Shown here in pieces: positions 8,269-18,521 of a DNA stretch of 64,000 bases. Within the stretch, counting starts at the first letter, position 1. Every line of letters begins with the position of its first letter. Origin of the DNA: an uncultured Ruminococcus sp. (GTDB taxonomy: Bacteria > Bacillota > Clostridia > Oscillospirales > Ruminococcaceae); assembly GCA_964472035.1 (NCBI GenBank), contig CAYYIT010000007.1, forward strand, positions 279-64,278. The letters are read 5' to 3'. The notes beneath the pieces are model-generated. The model ran no database searches, was not told the DNA's origin, and worked only from the letters and a program-made list of their open reading frames with translations. The translations under genes were made by a program, and so were the position numbers.

Positions 8269-9126
8269 TTATGTTCTTTGTTTCCTGTACTCCGATGGCG
8301 AAACCCCGATATGCTTATGAAACAGTCTGCTGAAATACAGAGGATTGTCATATCCGACCGCCTCTGCAATCTCGGAGATGTTGTACTCCGTCGATTCCAG
8401 CAAGCTCTGTGCATTCGCCATCCGAAGTGAAAGGATATACTGCATCGGTGTGACCTTCACGATCTGCCGGAAGCTTCGGATAAACCAGCAGGTGCTCATG
8501 TGCCGTGATGCGGCATAATCGTCGATATTGATCTGCTCGTTGTAATGTTCGTTGAAATAATGGGTGGCACGTTCGATCTCGTTCTGCGCGTCGCTGCCCT
8601 TTTTGCGACCCTCTTTGATGTAGCGGTTGATCTGGATGAAGATGTGCCGCAGATTGAGCGTGAGCAGTTCTTCGTAATTCGGCCGGCACAGCTGTAATTC
8701 CTGTATCATCTGGCGGTACAGCCATGCATAGTCGGGGGATGTTCCCGTATAGAATACATTCGCTTTCTGCGAAAGTTCGTAGTTATCCAGAATGCCCTCC
8801 ACCATTCGGCCAGTAAAATGCACCCAGTATACCTCGGTTTTGTCGGGGGCATGGTAGTAATAATACTGTATCTCACCGGGGCGGAACAGGATCATGTTTC
8901 CCTCGGTGATGACTGTTTCTTTTCCATCAGGACCCTCGAAATAAAAATACCCCTTGCCCTTTGCGATGTACAAAAGCTGATAGTCACGCCTTCCCTGCGG
9001 ACGTTCGGTTGACACCACAGACCTGCTGTGGACACGATAATATCCGCAGCTGGTGACGATCAGGGAACGGCTTTCATCCACCCTGTCGTTGAGGGAATTA
9101 TGCAGATAGGCAACATTCGTATACAT
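8269..9126 (-). CDS. AraC-family transcriptional regulator (cupin sensor plus HTH), divergent from the galactoside operon
   Basis: The C-terminal HTH_AraC region is ...IAEAVGYDNPLYFSRLFHKHIGVSPSEYRK. Start is trimmed to ATG 9126 (AGGAGG 8 nt upstream). Confidence 0.85.
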   Translation of the reverse strand: MYTNVAYLHNSLNDRVDESRSLIVTSCGYYRVHSRSVVSTERPQGRRDYQLLYIAKGKGYFYFEGPDGKETVITEGNMILFRPGEIQYYYYHAPDKTEVYWVHFTGRMVEGILDNYELSQKANVFYTGTSPDYAWLYRQMIQELQLCRPNYEELLTLNLRHIFIQINRYIKEGRKKGSDAQNEIERATHYFNEHYNEQINIDDYAASRHMSTCWFIRSFRQIVKVTPMQYILSLRMANAQSLLESTEYNISEIAEAVGYDNPLYFSRLFHKHIGVSPSEYRKQRT

Positions 9127-9396
9127 ATACACACCTCCTCGTGTGCTTCTTTTCTCCATTATAGCACATCTAAATCCGCGTTGCAATAGTAAAGTATCAT
9201 TTTGTGCATATTTTGTCCCATTGTGTTTATGGATTTGACGCAAAAAACGTGATAGAATAGAATCAGAAAGTAAAGGCGCCTTTCATCGAATTGCAGTGCT
9301 TCATCCGAAAATGAACACTGTTCCCAAAGCAGAACTCGAGAACTGCTTCGGACATATGTAATAATCACAATGAATTCGTTTGAAGGAGAGAGTAAC

Positions 9397-10833
9397 ATGA
9401 CTGAAAAGAAATACCTGAAATGGTACAACAAAATCGGCTATGGATCGGGAGATATTGCCGGAAACACCGTATATGCGTTCATTACGGCATTCATGATGAT
9501 CTATCTGACCGATACCGCAGGACTCAATTCCGGCATTGTCGGAACATTGATGATGCTGTCGAAATTCTTTGACGGCGTGACAGATATTTTCTTCGGCGCA
9601 CTGATTGACAAGACCAAAACAAAAATGGGTAAGGCGAGACCGTGGATGCTCTGGCCCTACATCGGAAACAGCATTCTCCTCGTTGCCATCTTTGCCATTC
9701 CGGAGAGCTTTGGAGACAGCGCAAAATATGCATACTTCTTCATCTGCTATACACTGCTCAATGCGGTGTTCTACACAGCGAACAACATCGCCTACGCATC
9801 CCTGACAGCTCTGATTACCCGCAACGGCAATGAACGTGTACAGCTCGGTTCCATGCGTTTCATCTTTGCAACCGGAACAAGCCTGCTCATCCAGACCTAC
9901 ACCGTCAGAATGGTGGAATATTTTGGAAACGGTGCAGAGGGCTGGAAGATGGCAGCGATCATTTACGCAGTGATCGGACTGGTGGTGAATACCATTTCCG
10001 TGTTCTCCGTCAAGGAACTTCCCGAAAAGGAACTGGCAAAAGAAAATCCCGCTGATGAGGAAGCCGCAAAATTCTCCGCCGATGCTTATCCGGATCTTGA
10101 ACTTGCAGACAAGGAACACCGTGCAGAGGATGAAAGCCAGAAGTATTCTCTGATCAGTGCGCTGAAGCTTCTGATGAAGAACAAATTCTACATCATCATC
10201 TGCGGTGTATACATTATCAGTCAGCTCTACGGTGCAACTCTCAGCATGGGCATCTATTTCATGACCTACATTCTCGGTGATGCCGATCTGCTTGGTACTT
10301 TCTCCGCTGCAATCAACATCCCGATGATCTGCGGATTGCTCTTTACCCCCTACCTCGTGAAAAAATGCAAGGGTATGTACAAGCTGAACCTCGTGGGCTA
10401 CATCATTGCAACCCTTGCGAGAGCACTGGTCATCGTGGCAGGATATATGCAGAATATTCCGCTGATGCTGGTCTTTACCGCCATCGCTGCACTGGGTATG
10501 AGCCCGATGCAGGGCGACCTGAACGCTCTCATTGCTGCCTGCTCCGACTACACCTATAAAACGACCGGCAACCGCATTGATGGTACGATGTATTCCTGTT
10601 CATCCCTTGGCGTGAAAATCGGCGGCGGTATCGGTACTGCACTTGCAGGCTGGCTGCTGGCAGCGGGCGGATACATTGCAAATGCCGAAATCCAGCCGGA
10701 ATCCTGCATCAATATGCTCAACTTCATGTATCTCTGGCTGCCGATGATCTTCAATTTTATCATGACACTTCTGCTCTCCCGTCTGAATGTGGAAAAGGCA
10801 AACGCCGACTGGGACAGAGAGCATCAAGCATAA
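9397..10833 (+). CDS. GPH-family glycoside/galactoside:cation symporter (MelB/LacS-like permease)
   Basis: KIGYGSGDIAGNTVYAF...LIDKTKTKMGKARPWML, about 12 TM helices. ATG 9397 follows GGAGAG. Confidence 0.85.
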   Translation: MTEKKYLKWYNKIGYGSGDIAGNTVYAFITAFMMIYLTDTAGLNSGIVGTLMMLSKFFDGVTDIFFGALIDKTKTKMGKARPWMLWPYIGNSILLVAIFAIPESFGDSAKYAYFFICYTLLNAVFYTANNIAYASLTALITRNGNERVQLGSMRFIFATGTSLLIQTYTVRMVEYFGNGAEGWKMAAIIYAVIGLVVNTISVFSVKELPEKELAKENPADEEAAKFSADAYPDLELADKEHRAEDESQKYSLISALKLLMKNKFYIIICGVYIISQLYGATLSMGIYFMTYILGDADLLGTFSAAINIPMICGLLFTPYLVKKCKGMYKLNLVGYIIATLARALVIVAGYMQNIPLMLVFTAIAALGMSPMQGDLNALIAACSDYTYKTTGNRIDGTMYSCSSLGVKIGGGIGTALAGWLLAAGGYIANAEIQPESCINMLNFMYLWLPMIFNFIMTLLLSRLNVEKANADWDREHQA

Positions 10834-10852
10834 ATTTAAGGAGGACGATCTT

Positions 10853-13780
10853 ATGAAACCGACACTCGACTGGCTGAAAAACCCCGAAATCTTCGCTGTA
10901 AACCGTGAACCTGCCCATTCCGACCATCTCTGCACCGTGGGCGGTCATCAGCTGAAACAGTCCCTCAACGGTACTTGGAAATTCAACTACACCGAACATC
11001 CCGACAACCGTCCGGCTGACTTCTACAAGACAGATTTTGATGTAACAGACTTTGATGAAATCACAGTTCCGGGACATATCCAGTTACAGGGCTACGACAA
11101 ACCGCAGTATGTGAACACCCAGTACCCTTGGGAGGGACAGGAAAGCCTCGTTCCTCCGCAGATTCCGCAGAAGCGCAATCCCGTGGGCAGCTATGTGAAG
11201 TTCTTTGATGTTGAGGAATCGCTTCTTGGCAAGGAAACCTTCATCAGCTTTCAGGGGGTTGAAACAGCGTTCTATGTATGGCTGAACGGCGAGTTTGTGG
11301 GCTATGCCGAGGACAGCTTCACTCCCTCCGAATTCAACCTCACCCCCTACCTCAAGGAAAAGGGCAACAAGCTTGCAGTCGAGGTCTACCGCTACAGTAC
11401 CGCAAGCTGGCTGGAAGATCAGGATTTCTGGAGATTTTCCGGTATCTTCCGTGACGTGTATCTTTACGCAGTTCCCGAAATCCATGTTCGTGATATGAAG
11501 GTGATCGCAGATTTCGATTACGAAAACGGCAGCGGTGTCCTGACAACTGAGCTTGATATTACAGGCGACAGCGATTATGAAATAAAGCTTACTCTCACTG
11601 ACAAAAACGGAAACAAGGTTTATGAGAGCGATACAGCGAATGTAACCGCATCCATCCCCGATGTGATGCCGTGGAGTGCGGAAGCACCGAACCTCTACAA
11701 ACTGACCGCTGAAATCATCGCAGACGGTGAGATCGTGGAAACCGCAGAAACAAAGGTTGGCTTCCGTACCTTTGAGTTGAAAAATAATTTGATGCACCTA
11801 AACGGCAAGCGTATCATCTTCAAGGGAATCAATCGTCACGAATGGAACGCCAACGGCGGCAGAGTGGTGACTGAAGAAGATATGCTCTGGGACATCCGCT
11901 TCATGAAACAGAACAACATCAATGCTGTCCGCACATGCCACTATCCGAACAACTCTCTTTGGTATCAGCTTTGCGATGAATACGGCATCTACCTGATCGA
12001 CGAAACCAATCTTGAAACCCACGGTGCCAATGAAGTCGTGCCGGCATCCGATCCGCAGTGGCTGGGAGCAGTGCTTGACAGAGCAAAGTCCATGTATGAG
12101 CGTGACAAGAACCATGCAAGCGTCCTCATCTGGTCATGCGGCAACGAGTCGAACTGCGGCGATGATATTGCAGCAATGGCAGCGTATTTCCACGAAACAG
12201 ATTCCACCCGACTCGTGCATTATGAGGGCGTGTTCTGGAATCGGAAATACGACCACATCACCGATATGGAAAGCAGAATGTACGCAAAGCCTTGTGATAT
12301 CGAGGAGTATCTGAGCAATGCTCCGAAGAAACCCTACATCAGCTGTGAATATATGCATGCCATGGGCAATTCTCTCGGCGGCATGAAGCTGTACACTGAT
12401 CTTGAGGACAAGTTTGATGCCTATCAGGGCGGCTTTATCTGGGACTACATTGATCAGGCACTTTACAAGGACGGCGTTCTGGTGTACGGCGGCGATTTCG
12501 ATGACAGACAGAGCGATTACGGCTTCTGCACCAACGGCATTGTCTACGCCGACCGCACCTGTTCTCCGAAGGTAAGCGAAGCAAAGCAGCTTTACTCCAA
12601 TATCAGAATGAATATCACAAATGGCGTGCTGACCGTGGAAAACAGAAATTTGTTCATTGATACAAGCAGCTATCGTTTCAAGGTGACACTTGCAAAAGAG
12701 GGCGAAATTCTTGCGGCAGAGGAACACAGTCTGAACATTTCTGCTGGGGAAACAGGCAGCGTGAAAATCGGTCTTGCAGTTCCTGAACATGGCGGCGAAT
12801 ATGTGCTGACCGCATCCGCAGTGCTTGCAGAGGACACCCTTTGGGCGGACAAGGGACATGAGATCAGCTTTGCACAGGAAATCGTGGAAATGCCCGAAAA
12901 CAAGGCGAAAACTACTTCTGCAAAGGCAGAAATCGTCTATGGGGATTTCTCCGTCGGCGTGCATGGCGAAGGCTTCTCCATGCTGTTTGACAAGCGAGAG
13001 GGTGGTATCAGCTCCCTGATTTACAGTGGCACAGAATACATCACAAGAGCGCCCAAAATCAGCTTCTGGAGAGCCATGACCGACAACGACACGGGTGCAG
13101 GCTATCCCTTTGCAATGGCACAGTGGCAGATTGCAGGCAAGTGTGCAAAGCAGATCGGATTTGACACAGAGGAACACGCAGACCGCCTTGATGTGATCTA
13201 TACATTCGCCGTACCGACCGTTCCGGCGTTCGAGTACAAGGTGACATACTCCGCTTACTTTGACGGCAGACTGGGCGTAAAGGCGGACTATCCCGGTGTG
13301 AAGGGAATGGCAGATATGCCCGTATTTGCGATGGATTTCAAAATGAAGAAGCAGTACAATGCCTTCACATTCTACGGAATGGGCCCCGATGAAAACTACA
13401 TTGACCGTAACAACGGTGCAAGACTCGGCGTATACACATCAAATGCACAGGACAACTTCACAAAGTATCTGAACCCGCAGGAATGCGGCAACCGTACAGG
13501 CGTGAGATATGTGAATGTCTACAACGAAAACGGCACTGGTCTTGCCTTTACAGCAACAGAAAATCCCTTTGAAATGAGCGTCCTGCCCTACAGTGCCTAT
13601 GAACTTGACAATGCTCTGCATCGTGAAGAATTACCCGAACCTACATATACATGGGTACGCATTGCCGCAAGACAGATGGGCGTCGGCGGTGATGACAGCT
13701 GGGGCGCACCAGTGCATCAGGAATTCAAGATCGAATCAGAAAATCCAATGACATTGCAATTTGAAATTTGCGCATTCTGA
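10853..13780 (+). CDS. lacZ: GH2 beta-galactosidase
   Basis: About 975 aa with NAVRTCHYPN, WSCGNES and ISCEYMHAMGNS motifs. ATG 10853 follows AAGGAGG. Confidence 0.9.
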   Translation: MKPTLDWLKNPEIFAVNREPAHSDHLCTVGGHQLKQSLNGTWKFNYTEHPDNRPADFYKTDFDVTDFDEITVPGHIQLQGYDKPQYVNTQYPWEGQESLVPPQIPQKRNPVGSYVKFFDVEESLLGKETFISFQGVETAFYVWLNGEFVGYAEDSFTPSEFNLTPYLKEKGNKLAVEVYRYSTASWLEDQDFWRFSGIFRDVYLYAVPEIHVRDMKVIADFDYENGSGVLTTELDITGDSDYEIKLTLTDKNGNKVYESDTANVTASIPDVMPWSAEAPNLYKLTAEIIADGEIVETAETKVGFRTFELKNNLMHLNGKRIIFKGINRHEWNANGGRVVTEEDMLWDIRFMKQNNINAVRTCHYPNNSLWYQLCDEYGIYLIDETNLETHGANEVVPASDPQWLGAVLDRAKSMYERDKNHASVLIWSCGNESNCGDDIAAMAAYFHETDSTRLVHYEGVFWNRKYDHITDMESRMYAKPCDIEEYLSNAPKKPYISCEYMHAMGNSLGGMKLYTDLEDKFDAYQGGFIWDYIDQALYKDGVLVYGGDFDDRQSDYGFCTNGIVYADRTCSPKVSEAKQLYSNIRMNITNGVLTVENRNLFIDTSSYRFKVTLAKEGEILAAEEHSLNISAGETGSVKIGLAVPEHGGEYVLTASAVLAEDTLWADKGHEISFAQEIVEMPENKAKTTSAKAEIVYGDFSVGVHGEGFSMLFDKREGGISSLIYSGTEYITRAPKISFWRAMTDNDTGAGYPFAMAQWQIAGKCAKQIGFDTEEHADRLDVIYTFAVPTVPAFEYKVTYSAYFDGRLGVKADYPGVKGMADMPVFAMDFKMKKQYNAFTFYGMGPDENYIDRNNGARLGVYTSNAQDNFTKYLNPQECGNRTGVRYVNVYNENGTGLAFTATENPFEMSVLPYSAYELDNALHREELPEPTYTWVRIAARQMGVGGDDSWGAPVHQEFKIESENPMTLQFEICAF

Positions 13781-13794
13781 TAGGAGGAATCAGC

Positions 13795-15087
13795 ATGAAC
13801 ATTCGTGACGTATTGCAGAGAATTGAAAACAATGCATTCTCAGCTACACTCGAAACGTTGTATGGTACTTCTGAAGAAGTACAGCGTTACCAGAAACAGC
13901 GTTATCTGGATGCAGTGCAGAAGTTCACACAGCTGTACCCGAAGCGAAAAGTCATCCGCATCTACTCCGCCCCCGGCAGAACCGAGATCGGCGGCAACCA
14001 CACCGATCACCAGCATGGCTGTGTGCTGGCGGCGGCAGTGAATCTGGATGCGATCGCAGTGGTCGCCTTCCATCGGGACGGCGTGATTCGTGTGAAATCC
14101 GAGGGCTACGATGCTTTCACCGTCAATCTGGACGATCTGTCCGTGCAGTCCACCGAAACAGGAACTGCTGCTATCATCCGTGGTGTTGCGGCAAAGTTCA
14201 GCGGTATGGGGGCAGAAATCGGCGGCTTCGATATGTACTGCACCTCGGACGTTCTCAGCGGCAGTGGTATTTCTTCCTCGGCGGCATTTGAAACGCTCAT
14301 CGGCACGATCATTGACAGCTATTACAATGACAGCAAGGCCGGTGCAGTCGAGATTGCCAAGATCGGACAGTTTGCGGAGAATGAATATTTCGGCAAGAAA
14401 AGCGGTCTGATGGATCAGATGGTTTCTTCTGTCGGGGGACTCGTTTCCATTGATTTCTACGATACGGACAATCCCGAAATTGAACGTTTTGACTTTGATT
14501 TTGAGGAACATGGCTACTGCCTGTGCATCACCGATACCAAGGGCAGTCATGCAAATCTCACGGATGATTATGTCGCCATCCGCAGCGAGATGGAATCGGT
14601 TGCCGCCTATTTCGGAAAGCAGTATCTTCGTGAGGTGAGCGAGATTGCATTCTATGATGCAATCCCGAAACTGCGTGAAACCTGCCCCGACCGTGCAATT
14701 TTGAGAGCATCCCATTTCTTCTCTGAAAACAGCCGTGCATTGCAGGAGGCAGAGGCACTGAAATCCGGAAATCTGGGCGAATTTCTCCGGCTCGTGAACG
14801 AATCGGGCAAATCTTCCGCACAGCTTTTGCAGAATCTCTACAGCACATCTCAGCCCACACAGCAGGAAATTCCCCTTGCAATTATGATGAGCAAGCGTGT
14901 TTTGAATGGTACAGGTGCGGTCAGAGTGCACGGCGGCGGATTTGCAGGAACAATTCAGGCTTTCGTACCGTTGGAACTCGCTGATTGCTATACAGAGGAA
15001 ATGAATCGTATCTTTGGTGATGGTTCATGTCAGAAGCTGAGAATCCGTCCTGTTGGCGGCGTAGAAATCACAAAGGAGGAAGCATAA
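13795..15087 (+). CDS. galK: Galactokinase
   Basis: APGRTEIGGNHTDHQHG, GSGISSSAAFE and VHGGGFAGT motifs. ATG 13795 follows AGGAGG. Confidence 0.9.
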   Translation: MNIRDVLQRIENNAFSATLETLYGTSEEVQRYQKQRYLDAVQKFTQLYPKRKVIRIYSAPGRTEIGGNHTDHQHGCVLAAAVNLDAIAVVAFHRDGVIRVKSEGYDAFTVNLDDLSVQSTETGTAAIIRGVAAKFSGMGAEIGGFDMYCTSDVLSGSGISSSAAFETLIGTIIDSYYNDSKAGAVEIAKIGQFAENEYFGKKSGLMDQMVSSVGGLVSIDFYDTDNPEIERFDFDFEEHGYCLCITDTKGSHANLTDDYVAIRSEMESVAAYFGKQYLREVSEIAFYDAIPKLRETCPDRAILRASHFFSENSRALQEAEALKSGNLGEFLRLVNESGKSSAQLLQNLYSTSQPTQQEIPLAIMMSKRVLNGTGAVRVHGGGFAGTIQAFVPLELADCYTEEMNRIFGDGSCQKLRIRPVGGVEITKEEA

Positions 15088-15088
15088 T

Positions 15089-16078
15089 ATGCGTATTCTG
15101 GTACTCGGCGGTGCAGGCTATATCGGCTCGCATACCGCACTGGAGCTTGTCAAGGCTGGACACGAGGTTGTGATTGCAGATAATCTGGTAACGGGTTATC
15201 GCAATGCGGTTCCAAATGGTGCGAAATTCTATGAGGGTGACCTCCGTGATTTCAATTTCCTTGACAACCTTTTTCAGCAGGAACAGATTGATGCAGTGAT
15301 CCACTTTGCGGCATATTCTCTTGTGGGCGAGAGCGTGACGAATCCGCTTAAATACTACGACAACAATCTCTGCGGTACGAAAGTGCTGCTTGATGCTATG
15401 GTGAAAAACGGCGTGGACAAAATCGTGTTCTCCTCCACAGCTGCAACCTATGGCGAACCGGAGAACATCCCGATTCTCGAAAGTGACCGCACCTGTCCCA
15501 CCAACCCTTACGGCGAAACAAAGCTTGCCATGGAGAAGATGTTCAAGTGGACGGCAAATGCACATGGTCTGCGGTTTGTGTCCCTGCGTTACTTCAACGC
15601 CTGCGGTGCGGATGCAAGCGGAAAAATTGGCGAGGCACATAACCCCGAAAGCCACCTGATTCCGCTGATCCTGCAAGTACCGAACGGTAAGCGTGAAACC
15701 ATTTGTATCTACGGCACGGATTATGATACGCCCGACGGAACATGCATCCGTGACTATATCCATGTGACTGACCTTGCACAGGCACACATCCTTGCCGTGC
15801 AGTATCTGATGGACGGCGGGGAAAGCGACATTTTCAATCTCGGCAATGGCGTTGGATATTCTGTTCGTGAGGTGATTGAAACGGCAAGAAAGGTCACGGG
15901 TCATCCGATTCCTGCGACGGAAACGCCCAGACGTGCAGGCGATCCTGCAAGACTTGTGGCATCCAGTGAAAAGGCAAGAAAGATTCTCGGCTGGAACCCT
16001 GTGCATGATAGTCTGGAAGAAATCATTCAGAGTGCATGGAACTGGCATAAACACCATCCGAACGGATATGACGAATGA
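15089..16078 (+). CDS. galE: UDP-glucose 4-epimerase
   Basis: MRILVLGGAGYIGSH...YGETK...RDYIHV. Confidence 0.9.
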   Translation: MRILVLGGAGYIGSHTALELVKAGHEVVIADNLVTGYRNAVPNGAKFYEGDLRDFNFLDNLFQQEQIDAVIHFAAYSLVGESVTNPLKYYDNNLCGTKVLLDAMVKNGVDKIVFSSTAATYGEPENIPILESDRTCPTNPYGETKLAMEKMFKWTANAHGLRFVSLRYFNACGADASGKIGEAHNPESHLIPLILQVPNGKRETICIYGTDYDTPDGTCIRDYIHVTDLAQAHILAVQYLMDGGESDIFNLGNGVGYSVREVIETARKVTGHPIPATETPRRAGDPARLVASSEKARKILGWNPVHDSLEEIIQSAWNWHKHHPNGYDE

Positions 16079-16087
16079 GGTGAAATT

Positions 16088-17578
16088 ATGATTGATAATA
16101 CAGTACAGAAACTCATTGACTATGCGATGAAAAATAAGCTTATCACAAGCGATGATATTTATGTTGTCCGCAATCAGCTGATGGAGGCATTAAAGCTTTC
16201 TGACTGGGAAGAAAATAATGCGGAATACAGCGGTGAATCCATTGACGAAATTCTTGCTCCGATGATCACATATGCCTGTGAAAACGGCATTATCAGCGAT
16301 ACCGCAAATTCCCGTGATCTCTTTGACACCAAACTCATGGGCATCCTGACGCCCATGCCGAGAGAAGTCATTGCCGAATATAAGAGAAGATATGCGGCCG
16401 TTCCCAAAGAGGCAACCGACTGGTACTTTGATTTCAGCAAGAAACTGAACTATGTCCGTGCCGGCAGAATTGCCAAGGATCTGAAGTGGACATATGATTG
16501 TGAATACGGTACTCTTGATATCACGATCAACTGTTCCAAGCCCGAGAAAGATCCTCGTGACATTGCGGCAGCGAAAACACAGAAAGCCTCTGCATACCCG
16601 AAATGCCAGCTCTGCCCCGAAAACGCAGGCTTTGCAGGTCATGCCACACATCCGGCAAGACAGAATCTCCGCCCGATTCCGATGACTGTGAATGGGGAAA
16701 AGTGGCAGCTGCAATACTCTCCCTACGGCTATTACAACGAGCACTGCATTGCCTTCAACGAAGCCCATGTTCCGATGAAAATTGACGCTTCGGTGTTCGG
16801 AAAGCTCTTCGGAATCGTGGATTACCTGCCGCATTATTTCGTTGGCTCCAACGCCGATCTCCCGATCGTCGGCGGTTCGATTTTGAGCCATGAGCATTTC
16901 CAGGGCGGCAATTACACCTTTGCCATGGCGAAAGCACCCATTGAACATGAGTTCAGCATCGAGCAGTATCCCGATGTGAAAGCAGGTATCGTGAAATGGC
17001 CGATGTCCGTGATTCGTGTATCCTCCGAAAACAGGGAGGAACTTGCAAAGTGCTGCAATCATATTCTGGAAACATGGAGAGCATACAGTGACGAGAGTGT
17101 GGGGATTTTTGCGGAAACAGACGGCGAACCTCATAACACCATCACGCCCATTGCAAGAAAGAACGGAGACTTCTACGAGTGCGATCTCGTTTTGAGAAAC
17201 AACATTACAACACAGGATCGTCCGCTGGGTGTGTTCCATCCGAACCCCTCGCTGCATCATATCAAGAAAGAGAACATCGGTCTGATCGAGGTAATGGGAC
17301 TTGCGGTACTTCCTGCACGGCTTGCAAAGGAAATCGCACTGCTTGAGGATGCGATGCTCAGTGGCGAGAATCTCTACGCTTGTCCGGAGCTCACACATCA
17401 TGCTGAATGGGCAGAAGAGATTCTGAAGCGTTACCCTGATTTCTGCAAGGAAAATGCGAGGGCGATTCTGGAACAGGAGATCGGGAAGGTCTTTCTGGAA
17501 GTGCTTGAGGATGCCGGGGTGTACAAGAGAACGGAAGCGGGCAGAAACGCTTTTATCCGGTTTGTTTCGTCATTGTAA
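16088..17578 (+). CDS. galT: UDP-glucose--hexose-1-phosphate uridylyltransferase (type 2, Gram-positive GalT)
   Basis: 496 aa with GGSILSHEHFQGG, at the last position of the Leloir operon. Confidence 0.85.
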   Translation: MIDNTVQKLIDYAMKNKLITSDDIYVVRNQLMEALKLSDWEENNAEYSGESIDEILAPMITYACENGIISDTANSRDLFDTKLMGILTPMPREVIAEYKRRYAAVPKEATDWYFDFSKKLNYVRAGRIAKDLKWTYDCEYGTLDITINCSKPEKDPRDIAAAKTQKASAYPKCQLCPENAGFAGHATHPARQNLRPIPMTVNGEKWQLQYSPYGYYNEHCIAFNEAHVPMKIDASVFGKLFGIVDYLPHYFVGSNADLPIVGGSILSHEHFQGGNYTFAMAKAPIEHEFSIEQYPDVKAGIVKWPMSVIRVSSENREELAKCCNHILETWRAYSDESVGIFAETDGEPHNTITPIARKNGDFYECDLVLRNNITTQDRPLGVFHPNPSLHHIKKENIGLIEVMGLAVLPARLAKEIALLEDAMLSGENLYACPELTHHAEWAEEILKRYPDFCKENARAILEQEIGKVFLEVLEDAGVYKRTEAGRNAFIRFVSSL

Positions 17579-17729
17579 TAGTACAAGCTCCTCCATCGGC
17601 AACATACTTCCCGATCGTTCCCCTGCCGGATAACCAGCTTTCGTTGTGATACAGTCAATTCAACACCTGACAAACCACCATTGGCGTTCATAACAATATC
17701 GCTTGCCTGCATAAATCGTACATCCGGCA

Positions 17730-17758
17730 TTGACGAACCGGACGGATTGTGATATAAT
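17730..17758 (+). promoter_or_regulatory. Promoter TTGACG-17-TATAAT
   Basis: TTGACG at 17730-17735 and TATAAT at 17753-17758, preceded by TG. It lies upstream of ORF 17810. Confidence 0.6.
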
Positions 17759-17809
17759 AACAAATGCATTGACATAATATTCATTTTCACAATTGGAGGT
17801 AACAGAATT

Positions 17810-18337
17810 ATGGAATTTTCACTGGACAAACAGACGTTTGCGGATCCGAAGAAGCGGCTTCTGATCGGCGTGCTGATGATCATTATCTGCATCGTGTTCT
17901 TCAAGATCGGCGTCCTTCAGATGGGCGTATCGCGTGAGGAATGCCTGCAGGTGGAGGCAACACTTGACGAGTGCAAATCCAGATCTTCACAGACTGATCA
18001 GGGCGGATTTACCTATTACCTGACGTTTGAAGATCACGACCGCGAATATACGATCCATTCCAGCTGTGACCGGGGAGATCTGATCGACAAGCTGCTGGCA
18101 CTGCGTTCCGGTGCAGAGATCGGGCTTCTGGTCGACGAACCCACCGGTATCATTTACGAGCTGGAAGTGAACGGCGAGCTCTGGCTTTCCTTCGACGACG
18201 CCAAGAAGCAGATCGAACAGAACATGAAGATCGGCAGTTACATTGTCTATGTATGCATGGCAGTGGGTGCGGTGTGCATCATCTCGGCAGGCGTTTCGTT
18301 TGTTATGGGCAGGAAGAAAGGCGATACGGAAGAATAA
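17810..18337 (+). CDS. Hypothetical two-TM membrane protein
   Basis: 175 aa with hydrophobic segments LLIGVLMIIICIVFF and YIVYVCMAVGAVCIISAGVSFV. A GGAGG RBS is present. Confidence 0.55.
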   Translation: MEFSLDKQTFADPKKRLLIGVLMIIICIVFFKIGVLQMGVSREECLQVEATLDECKSRSSQTDQGGFTYYLTFEDHDREYTIHSSCDRGDLIDKLLALRSGAEIGLLVDEPTGIIYELEVNGELWLSFDDAKKQIEQNMKIGSYIVYVCMAVGAVCIISAGVSFVMGRKKGDTEE

Positions 18338-18443
18338 TTTACAGAAACGAACAGTCCCTCTGACGGAAATGTGAATCCGGCAGAGGGACTTTCTGCTGCT
18401 CTGTGAAAAAGCTCCACACCTTTCCAAAATCCCCGCCCACTTC

Positions 18444-18472
18444 TTGACAATAAATCTCATATATGGTATAAT
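18444..18472 (+). promoter_or_regulatory. Perfect consensus promoter TTGACA-17-TATAAT for the zinc-ribbon/vWA/lectin gene
   Basis: TTGACA at 18444-18449 and TATAAT at 18467-18472. The TTG start in the ORF track is therefore the -35 box itself, so the true start must lie downstream. Confidence 0.7.
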
Positions 18473-18521
18473 TATGTCGAATAGACGCGGTTCTATGCAA
18501 AAAATGATATTAGGAGTGATG

